From Stylophora pistillata (lineage: Eukaryota), in the NCBI RefSeq assembly GCF_002571385.2, contig NW_019218399.1, positions 42,337-106,118 of the forward strand: a stretch of DNA of 63,782 nt, written 5' to 3'. Position 1 is the stretch's first letter. Each line of letters starts with the position of its first letter. Both the position numbers and the translations under genes were made by a program. The notes under the pieces were generated by a model, which made no database searches, was not told where the DNA came from, and was given only the letters and a program-made list of their open reading frames with translations. Positions 49,401 through 61,788 of this stretch are shown in pieces.

Positions 49401-50069
49401 TTTCTCGAAAGTTCCGGTAACTTAGCGGGCTCGCAAAATTGTTCTGTTTTCATTCAAGATGGGGATTTCAAAAGTTTTGAAAATGATATATGATAAAACT
49501 ATCAGCTAAAGAAGCAAAAAGGACTGGTTTGGGTGCCAGAACCTGCCTTCCTATCCTTTAAATTTTGATTTTAAAACGTGGCTTCGGGTCCATTGAGTTA
49601 CCGGGACTTTCGAGAAACGATCCGAGGGCAGGATTTTAAAATTAATATGAACTGTAAAAACAAAGGTCGTTTCTGTACATCAGTGAATTATACGTGGGAT
49701 GAAAAAACGTTCGTACATATAAAAGCTGAGGTAAATGATGTACACGAAAACATTTCTCTTGCTGTCGAAAGCGTGAAGACTGTTCCGCCAACGTGAGGCT
49801 GACGTCTGGTCACGTGACCCTTAGAGGTGTTAGGTCCGCGCTAAACGTTGATCTTAAGGTGTCGATCGCCTCATGAAACCATTAGCTACCCTCAATTTTA
49901 AAACTTCTTTCTGATTTCAGGAGTGACTCAACATCCCTATGCATTTTATTTGGCGGCTTGGAATGCCATGGCTGTCGATATGCACAAAGAAGGACAAAAA
50001 GCATCTTCTGAAGAGGAATTTGTTGACGTTGAAAATGTGTCTGAAGAAAATGGAGATATCAGCAACTAA
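45396..50069 (+). CDS. IRF1/2: Interferon regulatory factor, IRF1/2-like paralog (IRF-B)
   Basis: Exon 1 (45396-45807) is an IRF DBD (MRFREWV, GVQW, IPWKHGS, IFEEWAKHSGKY, WKTNFRCTLNALPDF). Downstream exons: 47323-(47385 or 47474), optional 47621-47687, 47833-47873, 48955-49078, 49921-50069. The exon 2/3 boundaries are uncertain (about 262 or 314 aa). Confidence 0.82.
47897..47962. repeat. (AAT)n microsatellite in an IRF-B intron
   Basis: Read directly. Confidence 0.9.
49394..49623. mobile_element. MITE with 23-bp TIRs
   Basis: GTTTCTCGAAAGTTCCGGTAACT (49400-22) versus AGTTACCGGGACTTTCGAGAAAC (49596-618), one mismatch. Confidence 0.8.
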
Positions 50070-52174
50070 GGAGTACATCTTCTCTTCTGGAAGGATAAGG
50101 ATGTCTGATGCCCCCCGTCCCCCTCCCCCCTCCTGTAATCAGTGAAAGCAAGTCAGTAACACTTTGGAGGATTTGGCAATGTATATAGAGCTATGTCAAG
50201 AATCTTGAGTGTAAATGATGTTTTGGGTTGCGTGTTCTTGTGAAATGTTGGTAGGTTAAGGTGGTAGGCGAAAGGTTCGAAGTAGCGCTACTAAAAGTAC
50301 AGTCCATATAATGACACATTGCCCTTTGGACCCGGAGGGGGCCAAAGTTTGCAACTAATCTTCTAAGATGACACCACAAGAAGGGAACTCCCAAACCGCA
50401 ACTGTGACAGGATTCTACATCCATGATATAGCATCCCAAATGTAAAGTACCTTCTGAGTCGAAAGGGAACTATGAAAGGTAAATATTTTATAAAGGCTCT
50501 CAGTGTAAAAAGTAGTTAACAGGAACCAATAATTTACGAAAAGAAGCCGTCGTTCACGGTGCACTCATTCATGTAATTTCTAGGGTGTTTATCATAAAAT
50601 AATAATAAAGATAATAATAAAGTTGACAAAAACTTTTAAGTGTATATAGTGTCGTAAGCGAATAAACACTTGATTCGAACCAAATGAGTGTACTTTGCTT
50701 GTTTTCTGTCTGTTTGATTTTAGATGACGCGTCAACTGCTGCAATGATAAATCCAAATGCAACGGCATATAATTAGCACGAGAACGTCTTTAATTTCCTC
50801 CAAATTGATCTCCCTCTCTCACCAACCTGCTCGTCGCTGTTGCGATAATTCCTTAATCTACTCTGTGGAACTTATCAGAGTGGTGTAAGTTCGTTTTCTA
50901 CAGCAAGTAATCTTAACGGGCTTCTGAAGTAATACCGTTTTAGATGCACAGGAAATTTGTTGACTCTTATAACAACGAGGGCACAATTACTAACGCTGAT
51001 TGGCTGAGACAGAGGGCATTTTTAGTTATCATTTTGGTGATTGCCTCGGACAAAATTACATCAATTTCAAAACATTAAAAAAAGGCTTTGCCAAAAAGGA
51101 TCATAATTTCATTGACGACGAAGTTGTTTTTAGCAGGGCTGCTTCCATTACCTTGGGGCTGTTGAAATAAAAATAAAACTCATTCAAATGATTCGTGCGT
51201 TTTACAGTTCATTGAAGCTAACTGAACTTTAGACACAAGCAGGCATTTTTCCTCTTCTAAATAAACAAAATTTTGCCTATTGTAATTATTATAAACAAGT
51301 AATTGCATGTGTTTCCTCGTAAGATTACAGACACTTGTGTTTCAGAAGTTACAGAAATTTGCCCGAGTTTGTCATGGTTTTATTTCTTACCGTCTCTTAT
51401 TGTGTTCAGTTGTTGACGAGGGAAAATAAGAAGCAATTCTATAAGCGTTTGGTCAAATTTCTAATGATATGACCAAGGTTAGAAAATGATTGAAATTTTG
51501 TTAAAGCACACGCAGAATAATTCGCTAACTTTTCTAAGTTCTTAATTTTCTCTATCCATTTGCCGATTTTCTTTTAAATTTCACGGATGACAGGTTATAG
51601 CCATGTGGACAGTCAGGTTTTTGACTTGTTTATTTAAGTCCTTGCCAAGGCAATTTTAACTCATCCGCACCAAGTCCATTGAGATGTTAAAACCGTGTGT
51701 TAAATTTCAGTAGTGCCCTTTCAATGTCATTATAATCCAATCTAACTTCTCTGACCCACAATTGTTATGGGTACACACAGAGAGCTTGAGAAGCTAACTA
51801 AAGATACGTTTTGGTAAGTTTGTTCATTTTTGTAATCTGATGATTTGGTTTTTCTTTTCTTTTTTTTTTTTTAACAATTTCATCAGCTAAAACAAAAGTA
51901 AATGAATAAATGAACGCCGCAAAGTTCCATTTTTCACGATACAATCTGTCACCTAGCATATTTAATTACAAAACGCGGCCATTGACTGAATCAATTACGC
52001 CTTACTTGAGAAAGCAGGTGATAAAAACTGGACGCTTTCTTGTTTATTTATCCAAAGGACACAGCTCGCTATTGTTTTGCGGGCTCGCTATTTTTCCTCT
52101 CTGGAGACATATTTATTGAAAAGAAGACTCAATCTTTCGCAAGAATTTTTCCTTTTCTCTAGCAGAAAGCAGAA

Positions 52175-55100
52175 ATGCCTTCAGAATTGGTAAGGAGATT
52201 TTTTACAGAGATTAGCTTTATGAAGCTTTTCCATCATTCTTCGTTTTAGACATACTATTATAGCTAGGCAAAGTTTACTTCCAATGAATAACGTCGCGTT
52301 GCTTTGCTTTTATCCATAGTCGATATCAAAGCTTTATCGCGCACATTTAAGCCAACTGTTCCACTTTTACCTCATTCTATGGTTGCCAATCGTGATCAGC
52401 AGTAAGATTCTTGGTGATAAATGCGTCACTTCCATTCAAAGTTTTAGTCTCTTGAAACAAGCATACAAAGTTTTCAGGGTGCGGGATATGTTTTCCTGTT
52501 ACTACCTCTGCAAAGGAGATGAGATCTGTCAGAGCATAAACTTCAACAAAGTCAGCAGCTTTTGCGAGATGAACAACCGAACACGTTTGGTCAGACCGTA
52601 CCATTTCGTGCCGAATTCAAACATCATTTACTTGGAAAACCCATTTCGAGGTAATTTAAATTGATTTTTAACTCAGAGTATTTTTTTTGTCTTAAACTCC
52701 TCTCAAAAGAAAAGCAAAGCGGCCGGTTTTTTTTTTTTTTTTCATTTTTTTAATGTATCTGCTTTTAAGTTTACCAGGTTATTAAGTTCCCTGTCACAGG
52801 ATGTTTTCGCAGCTGAATAAGAACTCCTTTCAGTTGAACGCACCCTTAATAATAGGCATCGAGGAGTAAAACATTTTTTTCGTCCATCAAAGTTCATGTT
52901 TTTTTATCTAAAAGGTGCTCACTGTTCTGTTTTTATTCCGTACGATGTTCCATTTCAATTTTTGGAAACTTTTAGGACTCAATATAATGCATAATTTCCC
53001 ACCGTAAATGGCAAATGGTAAACATTAAAACTAAACAGAAATAAACATTTTCCAATTTTGATCCGTAATGTTTAAGTTGAATGTTAATGTATATGTGTGT
53101 GTGTGTGTTTTTTTTTTCAAACCTTTCCCATCGCTGCAATATGGTTTTTAGTTTATTTCGGCTTGAGAAAGGAGGACCTCTCTTTCATGACCGACACTCA
53201 TTTCCACGCGACCTTTTTCAACTAAGACCGTCATTCGCTTTCTCAATAAAACGATCTGAATAAATACAGATTCTTCCAATAACAGCTGGGTTCAAATAAG
53301 TGGCTAAACGTATCATCTACAAAGCTCATGAAAGAGGGATCTCATATATCCAAATTTAAACTGACTGGTTCTCGTACGAAATATATCGTCTTTTGGAAAA
53401 ACTTCTGTCTTTTGCCTGAGAAAGAGGATACCCTGTTAATCTATTCCTAAATAAATAAGATGCCTGACATTATTTTTCGACTCTAAAGTAACTGAATATA
53501 AATCATGTTACCATCACCTTTAGAATTTTGGATACAATACTATCATTGACAGAAACGTGTTTATGTATAAGTAATCGAAGGGAGCTGAGTAAAATTAAGA
53601 ATTTATACCACGCGTGTCCGAAGAAGTTTTTTTTTTACCTGCTAAAGAGCATTCGCTATCGATAAATCATGATGCTTTTCGAAAAAATTAAGCCTCTTTC
53701 AATATTCTCATTTTCAAGTCATTTTGCCATTAGCAATTACCAAATTTGATGAAAAATGCCCTCTGTTTTAGCCAGTAAGCATGTAGTAACTTTGCCCCCT
53801 ATTTATAAAAATAAAGGAAAGCCAGCCCATTCCCTGAATTGCGAGTATTTTAACGGAAAAGTATGCTGCAGAAACTAAATAACTTTTCTCTTCAACATCA
53901 CAAAATTCACAGATGAAGTTATGACACTAAATAGATAACTCTCACCAAGGTAGGATTTCCAACCAGATCCGAATTGGCTTTCTGCGTGGATCTAACAGAT
54001 CGATTTCCAAATTGGATTTTTTAGTAGAATTTACGAGTAATTCGATTTTGGTTTGGATTCGGACTGAGAATTGAAATAAAAGCTCAGCGGTTTTCAACAT
54101 CGTCTTCTTAACATTGAAACAGTTGAAAAATGAGATAAGATAATCAAGTGTTAGCTTCGAGTGTCCTTCTTATGAAAATGAATTGTAATTTATCATATAA
54201 CCGGCCATGGTTCAATTACTTTACAGCTTTCCTTGGTTCGTCACCAGCACTCCCAGTTTCATCATGCCAAGAGATTAAAAACGCCTCCGAAGGACTGGCC
54301 CCTAATGGTAGATATTGGCTAGCCTCGATAGGAGCTGGAGACCAACCTTTCAGCGCTTATTGCGATATGGATAGAGAAGGTTAGATCTACTGAAGACAAT
54401 GTATGAACTTGGGGATCTTGAAAGTACTACAAAATTACTTATGTTAAACATTGATTGACGGGCTACATTGTGTCCACGAATCAGTTGACTGTTGTTGAGT
54501 AGGGGAGGGAGGGGTAAGTGCGTAGTTGCTCAGATACCGATATCGATCCCATAATTCATTGCAGTTTGCGTTGGTTTCTGTAGCGTGAACCCGCAAGGAG
54601 CTGTCTATCACATTTAAGTTAGTTTCTCTCTTTTAAGGGAGTTTAGTGAATAAATCAGAATAAAATCAAAATCAGAATAAGTTGTTTTCTCTAATAAAGA
54701 AACACAAACCAATCTTCTTTCGTGAACCTTTGCTGATTTAGTCATTTTCTTTCCAGTGATTGTAGAGTGTCCTAAGAACCTATGCCAGAATGGAGCAGAG
54801 TGTGACTTCTACGGGAGGGGTCAGTACAAGTGTCGATGCTTACCAGGGTATACTGGGAAGCATTGTGAAATTGGTAAGTTGTTTTCTTTACGATTGTTCA
54901 CACAAGTATGAATCTGATGATATAACTTACTCGGTCAGCACTTATTTAAGCTGAGAGCAAATGCACAGAAGAACTACTTTGTTTTTGACAACACAGACAA
55001 ATAATTGTCAACTTAAATCATAAGTTTTTTTTTTTCCGGACAAAACTCAAAAGCAGTAATTTCTTTTTCCGCATCGCTCTTCTGTCACTCGCAATTCTTT

Positions 55101-56664
55101 GCTAAAAACAGAACTACAATTTATCCCTGTTATTCGTCGAGTTGATAGCGATTATCAATTTGCTAAAAATTGCAATTCTCAAAGTAAAATATGAGGTTGT
55201 AAGGGTTTGAATAAGCTTACGCCCAACCAACTGTCACAATTTGTATATTCCCTAGAATGGTCACCTCTTTAATTAAAATCTAACAATTTCCCCGGGATTA
55301 ACGGAAGAAAGTGGAAAGCAGCACTTTGTTAATAATCTTCAAGTTAGCAAACCAATGTTCACGAAAAGTAATTTTTATATTTTTTTATAAATTGTGCATA
55401 ACCAATCTTAGATCAATGTAGAATACTACTGAAGAAATGGTTTGTCAAACAGCTGCTTTTGAAGCTTTTCTTTTGTCATTGGAGATCAATGTAGTATACT
55501 ACTAAAGAAATGGTTTGTCAAACAGCTGCTTTTGGTGCTTTTTTTTTTGTCATTGGAGATCAATGTAGTATACTACTGAAGAAATGGTTTGTCAAACAGC
55601 TGCTTTTGATGCTTTTATTTTGTCATTGGAGATCAATGTAGTATACTACTAAAGAAATGGTTTGTCAAACAGCTGCTTTTGATGATTTTTCTTTTTTTGT
55701 CATTGGACGCAGATATTGATGAATGCTCCAGTAATCCGTGTGTGAATGGAGGTACATGTATCAATTTGGTAAATGGTTACAATTGCTCCTGCACGTCATC
55801 ATTGACTGGCAAACATTGTGAACTCGGCATGGGTAAGTTGATGCTTTCAACTTTCCGTCTACATTGTAGGAATCCAGTATTATGCTGCGCTATCGACGAT
55901 TTTAAAATGTGAGGAGTTGAAGGGGGGCTGTGCTAAGATCCCTCCTCTTTCATTTTTCCCTGCTCCTCTCTCCTTTCTCCCATGCCTCGGTAGAGACAGT
56001 TGCTCTCGCTAAATACGCCACTAATCCATAGGGTGCCACCCACCTTCTCTTCCCTTCTGTGTTATGTTTATTTCGCAGAGGGAAAGTTGTTCTCCTTTTC
56101 AAGTCGATGAAAAGGTAAAAAAAGAAATAATTGCCGTACAATTTTAGGGGAAGATGGCAAATTACCCCTTCTAGAAGCTTTCCACACACAAAAAAAAACC
56201 TTATCTGTAAAATGTGCGCATAAAAAGACCGTGAAGTTGCGAGCAATATCGATTAAGCAGCAGGATTATGGGGAAAGAAATTGCTTTACTTTGCAGGGGC
56301 AGAGTGCAGCTCGTACTTATTCGACACAGAAGAAGACCGTAGCATAAAGTATCGAGCTGCAGGGTCAAAAAAATGTGACAGTGCCTTTTCCGGAGGCTGG
56401 TACCGCTTTAACAGCACTGCTGGCTCAAAAATGCCTACATCTTGTGTGCCAAAGAGTATGTGTAACACAGACGCACCCGGCTGGCTCAGTGGGAATCACC
56501 CCACACTAAAGGAAGGAATTGTCACTCGCACTGCTTGTTTTCATTGGAGCACTAATTGCTGCAACTGGAAGGTTATCATCAATGTGAGGAACTGCGGAGA
56601 ATTTTTCGTTTACAAGCTTGTGAAACCAAACGTATGCACTCTTCGTTATTGCGTAACCACGTGA
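52175..56664 (+). CDS. Secreted mosaic protein: PAN/apple + FReD/COLFI-like N-subdomain + EGF + Ca-binding EGF + UMOD/GP2/OIT3-like D8C, about 367 aa
   Basis: Exons 52175-52189 (start tentative), 52320-52650, 54227-54379, 54757-54873, 55713-55832, 56297-56664. Hydrophobic [15 protein letters not shown]; CYYLC...CQSINF...CEMNN (PAN); SCQEIK...NGRYWL...YCDM; CQNGAEC; [16 protein letters not shown]; GWYRF...MPTSC...CNTDAPGWL...CFHW...CC...VRNCG.FFVYKL...RYC (D8C). Confidence 0.85.
55411..55707. repeat. Minisatellite, 4 copies of a 73-74 bp unit
   Basis: gatcaatgtag...gtcattgga units start at 55411, 55484, 55558 and 55631. Confidence 0.95.
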
Positions 56665-57808
56665 AACCATAGTTCGAAGGGAGGTTCTTGGTCAGCTAAC
56701 CCAACATATCTTTCGTATATGTCTGTGTTGGTTTTTTTTTATTGATTGATTGTTTAATTTTTCTTTCACCTGACCGTGCCATACGTTTAACAGAACATCA
56801 ATCAAGTTGAACTGACGGACCAATCGAAATTTCTGATTAACTTATTCATTTGCTCATTGGCTGGTTTGAATGGGGCCCTGTAAAAATAATTATAATGCCT
56901 GAGCATAACACTGGGAGTTATGCTCCCATTTCTTTGCGAAATGTGCGTAACCAGTGCAGAGAAGATGCAGCCGAAGACGGCCGGCCTACGGTTTGAGTAA
57001 ACATTAGGGATTAAGGTTGTGCTCGGGTAGAGGGCTAACGACATAAACTGCGCTATTAAATTAAATTTTTTGTCCTTAAATTTTTACCGGTTTCCCAACT
57101 GTCTCCTCTTTTATATTTATGGTGGAACTGACAATATTTCATTGCAGAAACGAACGCACAATCGTCAATTTTGTTTTGTTTTATTCGTTTTCGTTTTTCT
57201 TCTTTTTCTGTAGATTTTGTAAATAGAACAGTTTTAAATGCGAAAAAAAAATCTTAAGTTCGAAAATCATCTTTACCCCATGTTACTAAACGTACACAGC
57301 CTAATGAAGCAACACTCATCAGATAGGGAAAGGTACTTACCTGATCTACACCCATTTTTGCAATCAAAATTTGCGTGAAGGTCCACCATTAAGGACGATG
57401 GTAGCTAATGACGTATATGGATGTTACTGCACCATAATGGAACGTTGGATGTTTCATGATTAGACAGTGTAAAAGAACCTAAAGACGCAATCAAAAATCC
57501 CTTGAGTTTTCGGTTCCTAACGTGAGTTTCAAAACCGATGCAGTCTCTTCTGTTTGTTATTAATTTTACTTATCGACAATTAAAGCTTTTCGTCGTCCAT
57601 GTTGATAATAAGGGACCTTAACCAGTCAGGAGGCGGAGGAAGACGTCGATAAAAAAACATGAACTTCCATTTTTAGTGAGAATTTCGCATACGGCTGGAC
57701 GTATTTACCATTTACCGCGATGCTACACCTTTACTTCAGCTGTTAGGGCATAACATATGCGAGCAGCGTAAAATTGAAAAGGGAAATTTGCTGTTATTAT
57801 TTTCATCG

Positions 57809-57980
57809 TTAACTCTTCTTACGTATATGTGCACGATCCTTCGCAGTAAAGCACTATTTAAGCAATAGTGAAATTTCCCTATTGCTTAAATAGTGCTTTA
57901 GTGCGAAGGATCGTGCACATATACGTTTCATAACCGCAGTTCACATATATGTATTTCATATGTTTGTTATTAACTCTTCT
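57809..57980. mobile_element. Hairpin-shaped short insertion with 11-bp TSD
   Basis: 106-bp palindrome 57821-57926 (2 mismatches, no loop) plus a tail, between TTAACTCTTCT direct repeats at 57809-19 and 57970-80. Confidence 0.8.
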
Positions 57981-58004
57981 GTTTTCTATGGCGCGTTTTT
58001 AGTG

Positions 58005-58660
58005 TCAAAATTCAAAACCTCGTGTCGGACTTGCTATTTTTCTATTCAAACTTCCTGTTTGACATTTCAGATACACTATGTGTTTACTGAAACATCCGTT
58101 GTTTCAGTTCAAAGCAATATTTCTTCGATTCAGTCATGCTGTTTTTCTATTGAAACGTGCGATCCTTCGTTTTAAAAGTGTTTTTCTACTACCCAAACAT
58201 TCAGTCGTCTAATTCAAACGTGCTATTGTGCATTTCAAATTTTCAATCTCGCAATTCAAAATAGTCATTTCCGCAAGTAAAAATGCTATCCTTCTATTCC
58301 AATATGCAATTCTTTACCGCAAACCTGCTACTCGTCAATTCAAGTACACTATTCGCCAGTTCAAACAGGCTTTTCGTCGAAAGAAACACGCAATCCTTCA
58401 TTTTGAAACAATCGTTCTGCAATTCAAACACTCTGCTCTTCAATTCAAACCGGCAATTCTTTCATTCCAACGCTTAATCTTTTAGTTCAGATCTGCTGTT
58501 CGACTATGGAGACATCCGGTCGTTTAGTCTGGTAACCCTATTCATCACTTCAAATATTCAACTCCTTTTCCAAACATTCAATTATTCAATGCGGACATGA
58601 CACTCGTCATTCCAATACGCAATCCTTCGATTCAAACATTCAAACTTTCATCGCAAACAC
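58005..58660 (+). repeat. Degenerate 21-bp-period subterminal array (core ATTCAAAC)
   Basis: Cores at 58211, 58232, 58253, 58295, 58337, 58358, 58400, 58421, 58442, 58463 and 58484 are spaced by multiples of 21. Confidence 0.8.
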
Positions 58661-58778
58661 GCTGTCCTTCGTCGTAACCTGGAAACTAGCCCGGCCACCC
58701 ATGCGTATTAGGGAGAAAGACGAAAAAAAGGCGGAAATCTTAAAATTTGTTGCAAATTTCTAGACGGATTGAGTTCTT

Positions 58779-60717
58779 ATGCTCAAAATGGCTGTAACAG
58801 TTACAGAGCACCTAATGTTACGAGCTCTATCGTTAAAAAATGAGTTAAAAAGATTTACACAAGCGGGAAATTTAACATCAGAAACACTGGACTATTTACG
58901 TTATCAGTCGGAGATGCTTTATGAACATGCAGTTCGCTTGTCTCCTCTGGGTTGCGATCGTGCTTTCAACGAAATTACTCTTAAACTACGAGAAGTTTCC
59001 ATCATAATTCGCGCTCAAGATTCAGAAAAAGAACAGTGGTCGAGCTTTGGCTTGAGTAAATATTACAGTGGAAATTGTGGAAGGCAAAAGTTTGTTATTT
59101 CCCAGGAACAATTGGAATACCTTATTACAAACGGGTTTAACGCAGTCGAAATAGGTAGACGGCTAGGAGTGTCCCTGAGCACGGTCATGCGCCGTATGAT
59201 CGAGTACAGTATTGACACATCCAGACCATTTTCAGACATTACCGATGCGAATCTTTGTGAACTTATCCGGGACATCAAGAAAGAGAATATTAGAAGTGGT
59301 TACAGGATGATGTTAGGTCACCTTCGTGCAAGAGGATATCGGGTAACTCAGCTTAGGGTGCGTCAAATGATGCAAAAAGAAGATCTAGAGAGAACTGTTA
59401 CCCGGTGGATGACCACTGTACAACGACGAGCTTACTCAGTTAGTGGCCCAAATGCATTGTGGCACATTGACGGTAACCACAAGTTAATAAGGTGTGAAAT
59501 TATTATACACATCACAATTGTATTATGTGACCTCTCCTACCTTGCAAGTTTTATTGCTACCCAGCGTTATAACGTACATGCAGCCAACTACATATTTAAT
59601 TGTGTAACGATTGGAAAACTTTTAGTTCAAGATGCAAACCACTATAATAATTGTACCCATTTACTGTAAAGTTGGGAAGGATGGTGCCACATGTGCTGGA
59701 TGCCCGACACTTTTTGTTATTGATGAGTTTCTCATATTATAATTGACTAATTATTATGAAGAACGGTTTAGATAAGCCATAGATTTGCGGCTAAAAAAGT
59801 GGAGTCAATGCTAACTTTACGAAAACTATTTGTTTTATAGATGGAGAATGGTGATTCATGGCGCAATCGACGGCTATTCACGCATTCCACTATTTCTTCG
59901 CTGTTCCACCAACAACTTTGCCTCAACTGTTCTGTCTCACTTCCTCGAAGCAGTTTGCCAAAATGGATTGCCATCACGAGTACGTTCGGACAAGGGCGGG
60001 GAGAACGTGGACGTCTCCCTATTTATGTTGACCCACCCCAGGCGTGGTCCCGGAAGGGGAAGCATGATCGCTGGAAAAAGCGTTCACAACCAGCGAATTG
60101 AGCGACTATGGCGGGATCTTTATTTCCAAAAGACCGTAACCTTTTACCAACTTTTCTGTCATATGTAAGATAACAGTATCTTGGATGTGAGCAATGAAGT
60201 GCACATGTTTTTCCTGCATTACACATTTCTGCCTCGCGTGAATGAGCAACTGGACGATTTCGTCAACGGATGGATCAACCACGGCCTCTCATCCGCCCAC
60301 AATAGAACCCCAAGACAGCTTTGGATTTGGGGGATGCAACAGAGTGCAGCTTCGTGCACTACTGTTTCGGAAGAAATGTTTGGGGTAAGCCATTACTTTA
60401 CCATTGATTTTCAGTTGAAATGCCCCCCACAGAAAAGTTGAATTCTTCAACAATTTCATCTTGTTACTTATTTCTGTCAAAAGGAAGATTTTCAGGGGTA
60501 TGGTATAGATTGGACAGGACCCTTACCTGATGAAGAACACGATGCGCTACTTCAACCTGATGGAGAGGTTGTTGAAGTACCAGCCACTCTTACGATGGAT
60601 CAACGCAAGACACAGGTGCTTGCCGCAGAAATTAATCCACTTCAACAAAGTGACAGTTATGGGATTGATTTATACTTAAAAACAGTTACTTTAGAAGAAA
60701 GGTTAATGTTAGAATAG
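58779..60717 (+). pseudogene. IS3-like (rve/DDE) integrase-transposase, 3 exons, one nonsense codon
   Basis: Exons 58779-59491, 59841-60384, 60484-60717. HTH (EIGRRLGVSLSTVMRR), IS3-type SGYRMMLGHLRARG, DDE core [44 protein letters not shown]. In-frame TAA at 60166-68 (HM*DNSILD, probably E). Confidence 0.88.
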
Positions 60718-61788
60718 AACATAAATCATCTTTTCCATTATGTCTGGCAGTAACTGTGCAGTGTATACAACAACAACAGTACACAAGAGTTATTTATTTG
60801 GGAAAGACCTGAAACTGTTCATAATTTACATCCATCTGCCTTTGTTATAAGCTGATATTACCTCTGATCAAGACTCTTAAAAGTTACATTTTATAATTAT
60901 GCATTCATCCCAAGTTTCCTGTATGCAGCTTAGAATATAGCAGAGTTCAAAACCGATCAGTTTGATCCTTCATAGCAAAACTTACTTTTGTGGGAATCAC
61001 TCCTCATAAAGTTTAACCTAACAAAGAACTTTGATATCTGAGATAACTATAACCTAAAAGTGTGCTTATAGCACACAAAACAACATTAGATAACAACTAG
61101 CAAGGGGAGAGGTGCTATGAGAAGAATTGGATGTCCTGTTGATTTCAAAGCATTTTGAACTGTGCTGAGTCAATCATGTTGAACACATACATGTAAAGTT
61201 CTTTGAGGACTGCCACTTCTGTCTCACTTCTCTTTTCCCCCAGTAGGTTGTTACCTTAGTTTGAAACAAACAATTATTTGTCATCAGAACACAACAGTAT
61301 CCATCTCCAGTTCAGGAAACTACGTGTAACAGTAAATTGCAAGATGCCGTACTGACAGCAACTTTCAAAACACAACAATGAATTGAAACAACTGTGACTA
61401 AAACAAAACACAAAAAAAATATATCGCATTGTCAAAGGCCAAAACAAATACAGTTTCGTATTTTCCTGTTAGAAAATGAGAGATCATGTAGTAGGCTGCT
61501 AATTGGGTGCTTTACATTTACTGCTAATTACCTTTTATGGTAAATATAATTTATCAATAAATTTTAAATCTAAATGCTACATGCAAAACTCTGTCAAGTA
61601 TAGGAAGAAATAGCAAGGACACTTAATTTCATCTGTGGAAGTTACATGATTGGGATAAGATCAAATCACAAATTTAAACTTATATGCAAACTTGTTTGTT
61701 AACATTACACATAAGGCATAAAGAAACTCCAAGTTTTACATTTGACATGACTATGTGAGAAATATATGGAATACTCCTTTCTACAAAT

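Noticed and set aside
55411-55707. CRISPR-like repeat appearance
   Set aside because: Head-to-tail units without unique spacers, in a eukaryotic intron, with no cas genes.
58228-58485. Heptad QFK-repeat ORF
   Set aside because: By-product of the 21-bp DNA array; neighbouring units contain stops.
58779-60717. Bacterial IS3 contamination or recent horizontal transfer
   Set aside because: The gene has two spliceosomal GT-AG introns and eukaryotic IS3EU-type motifs.
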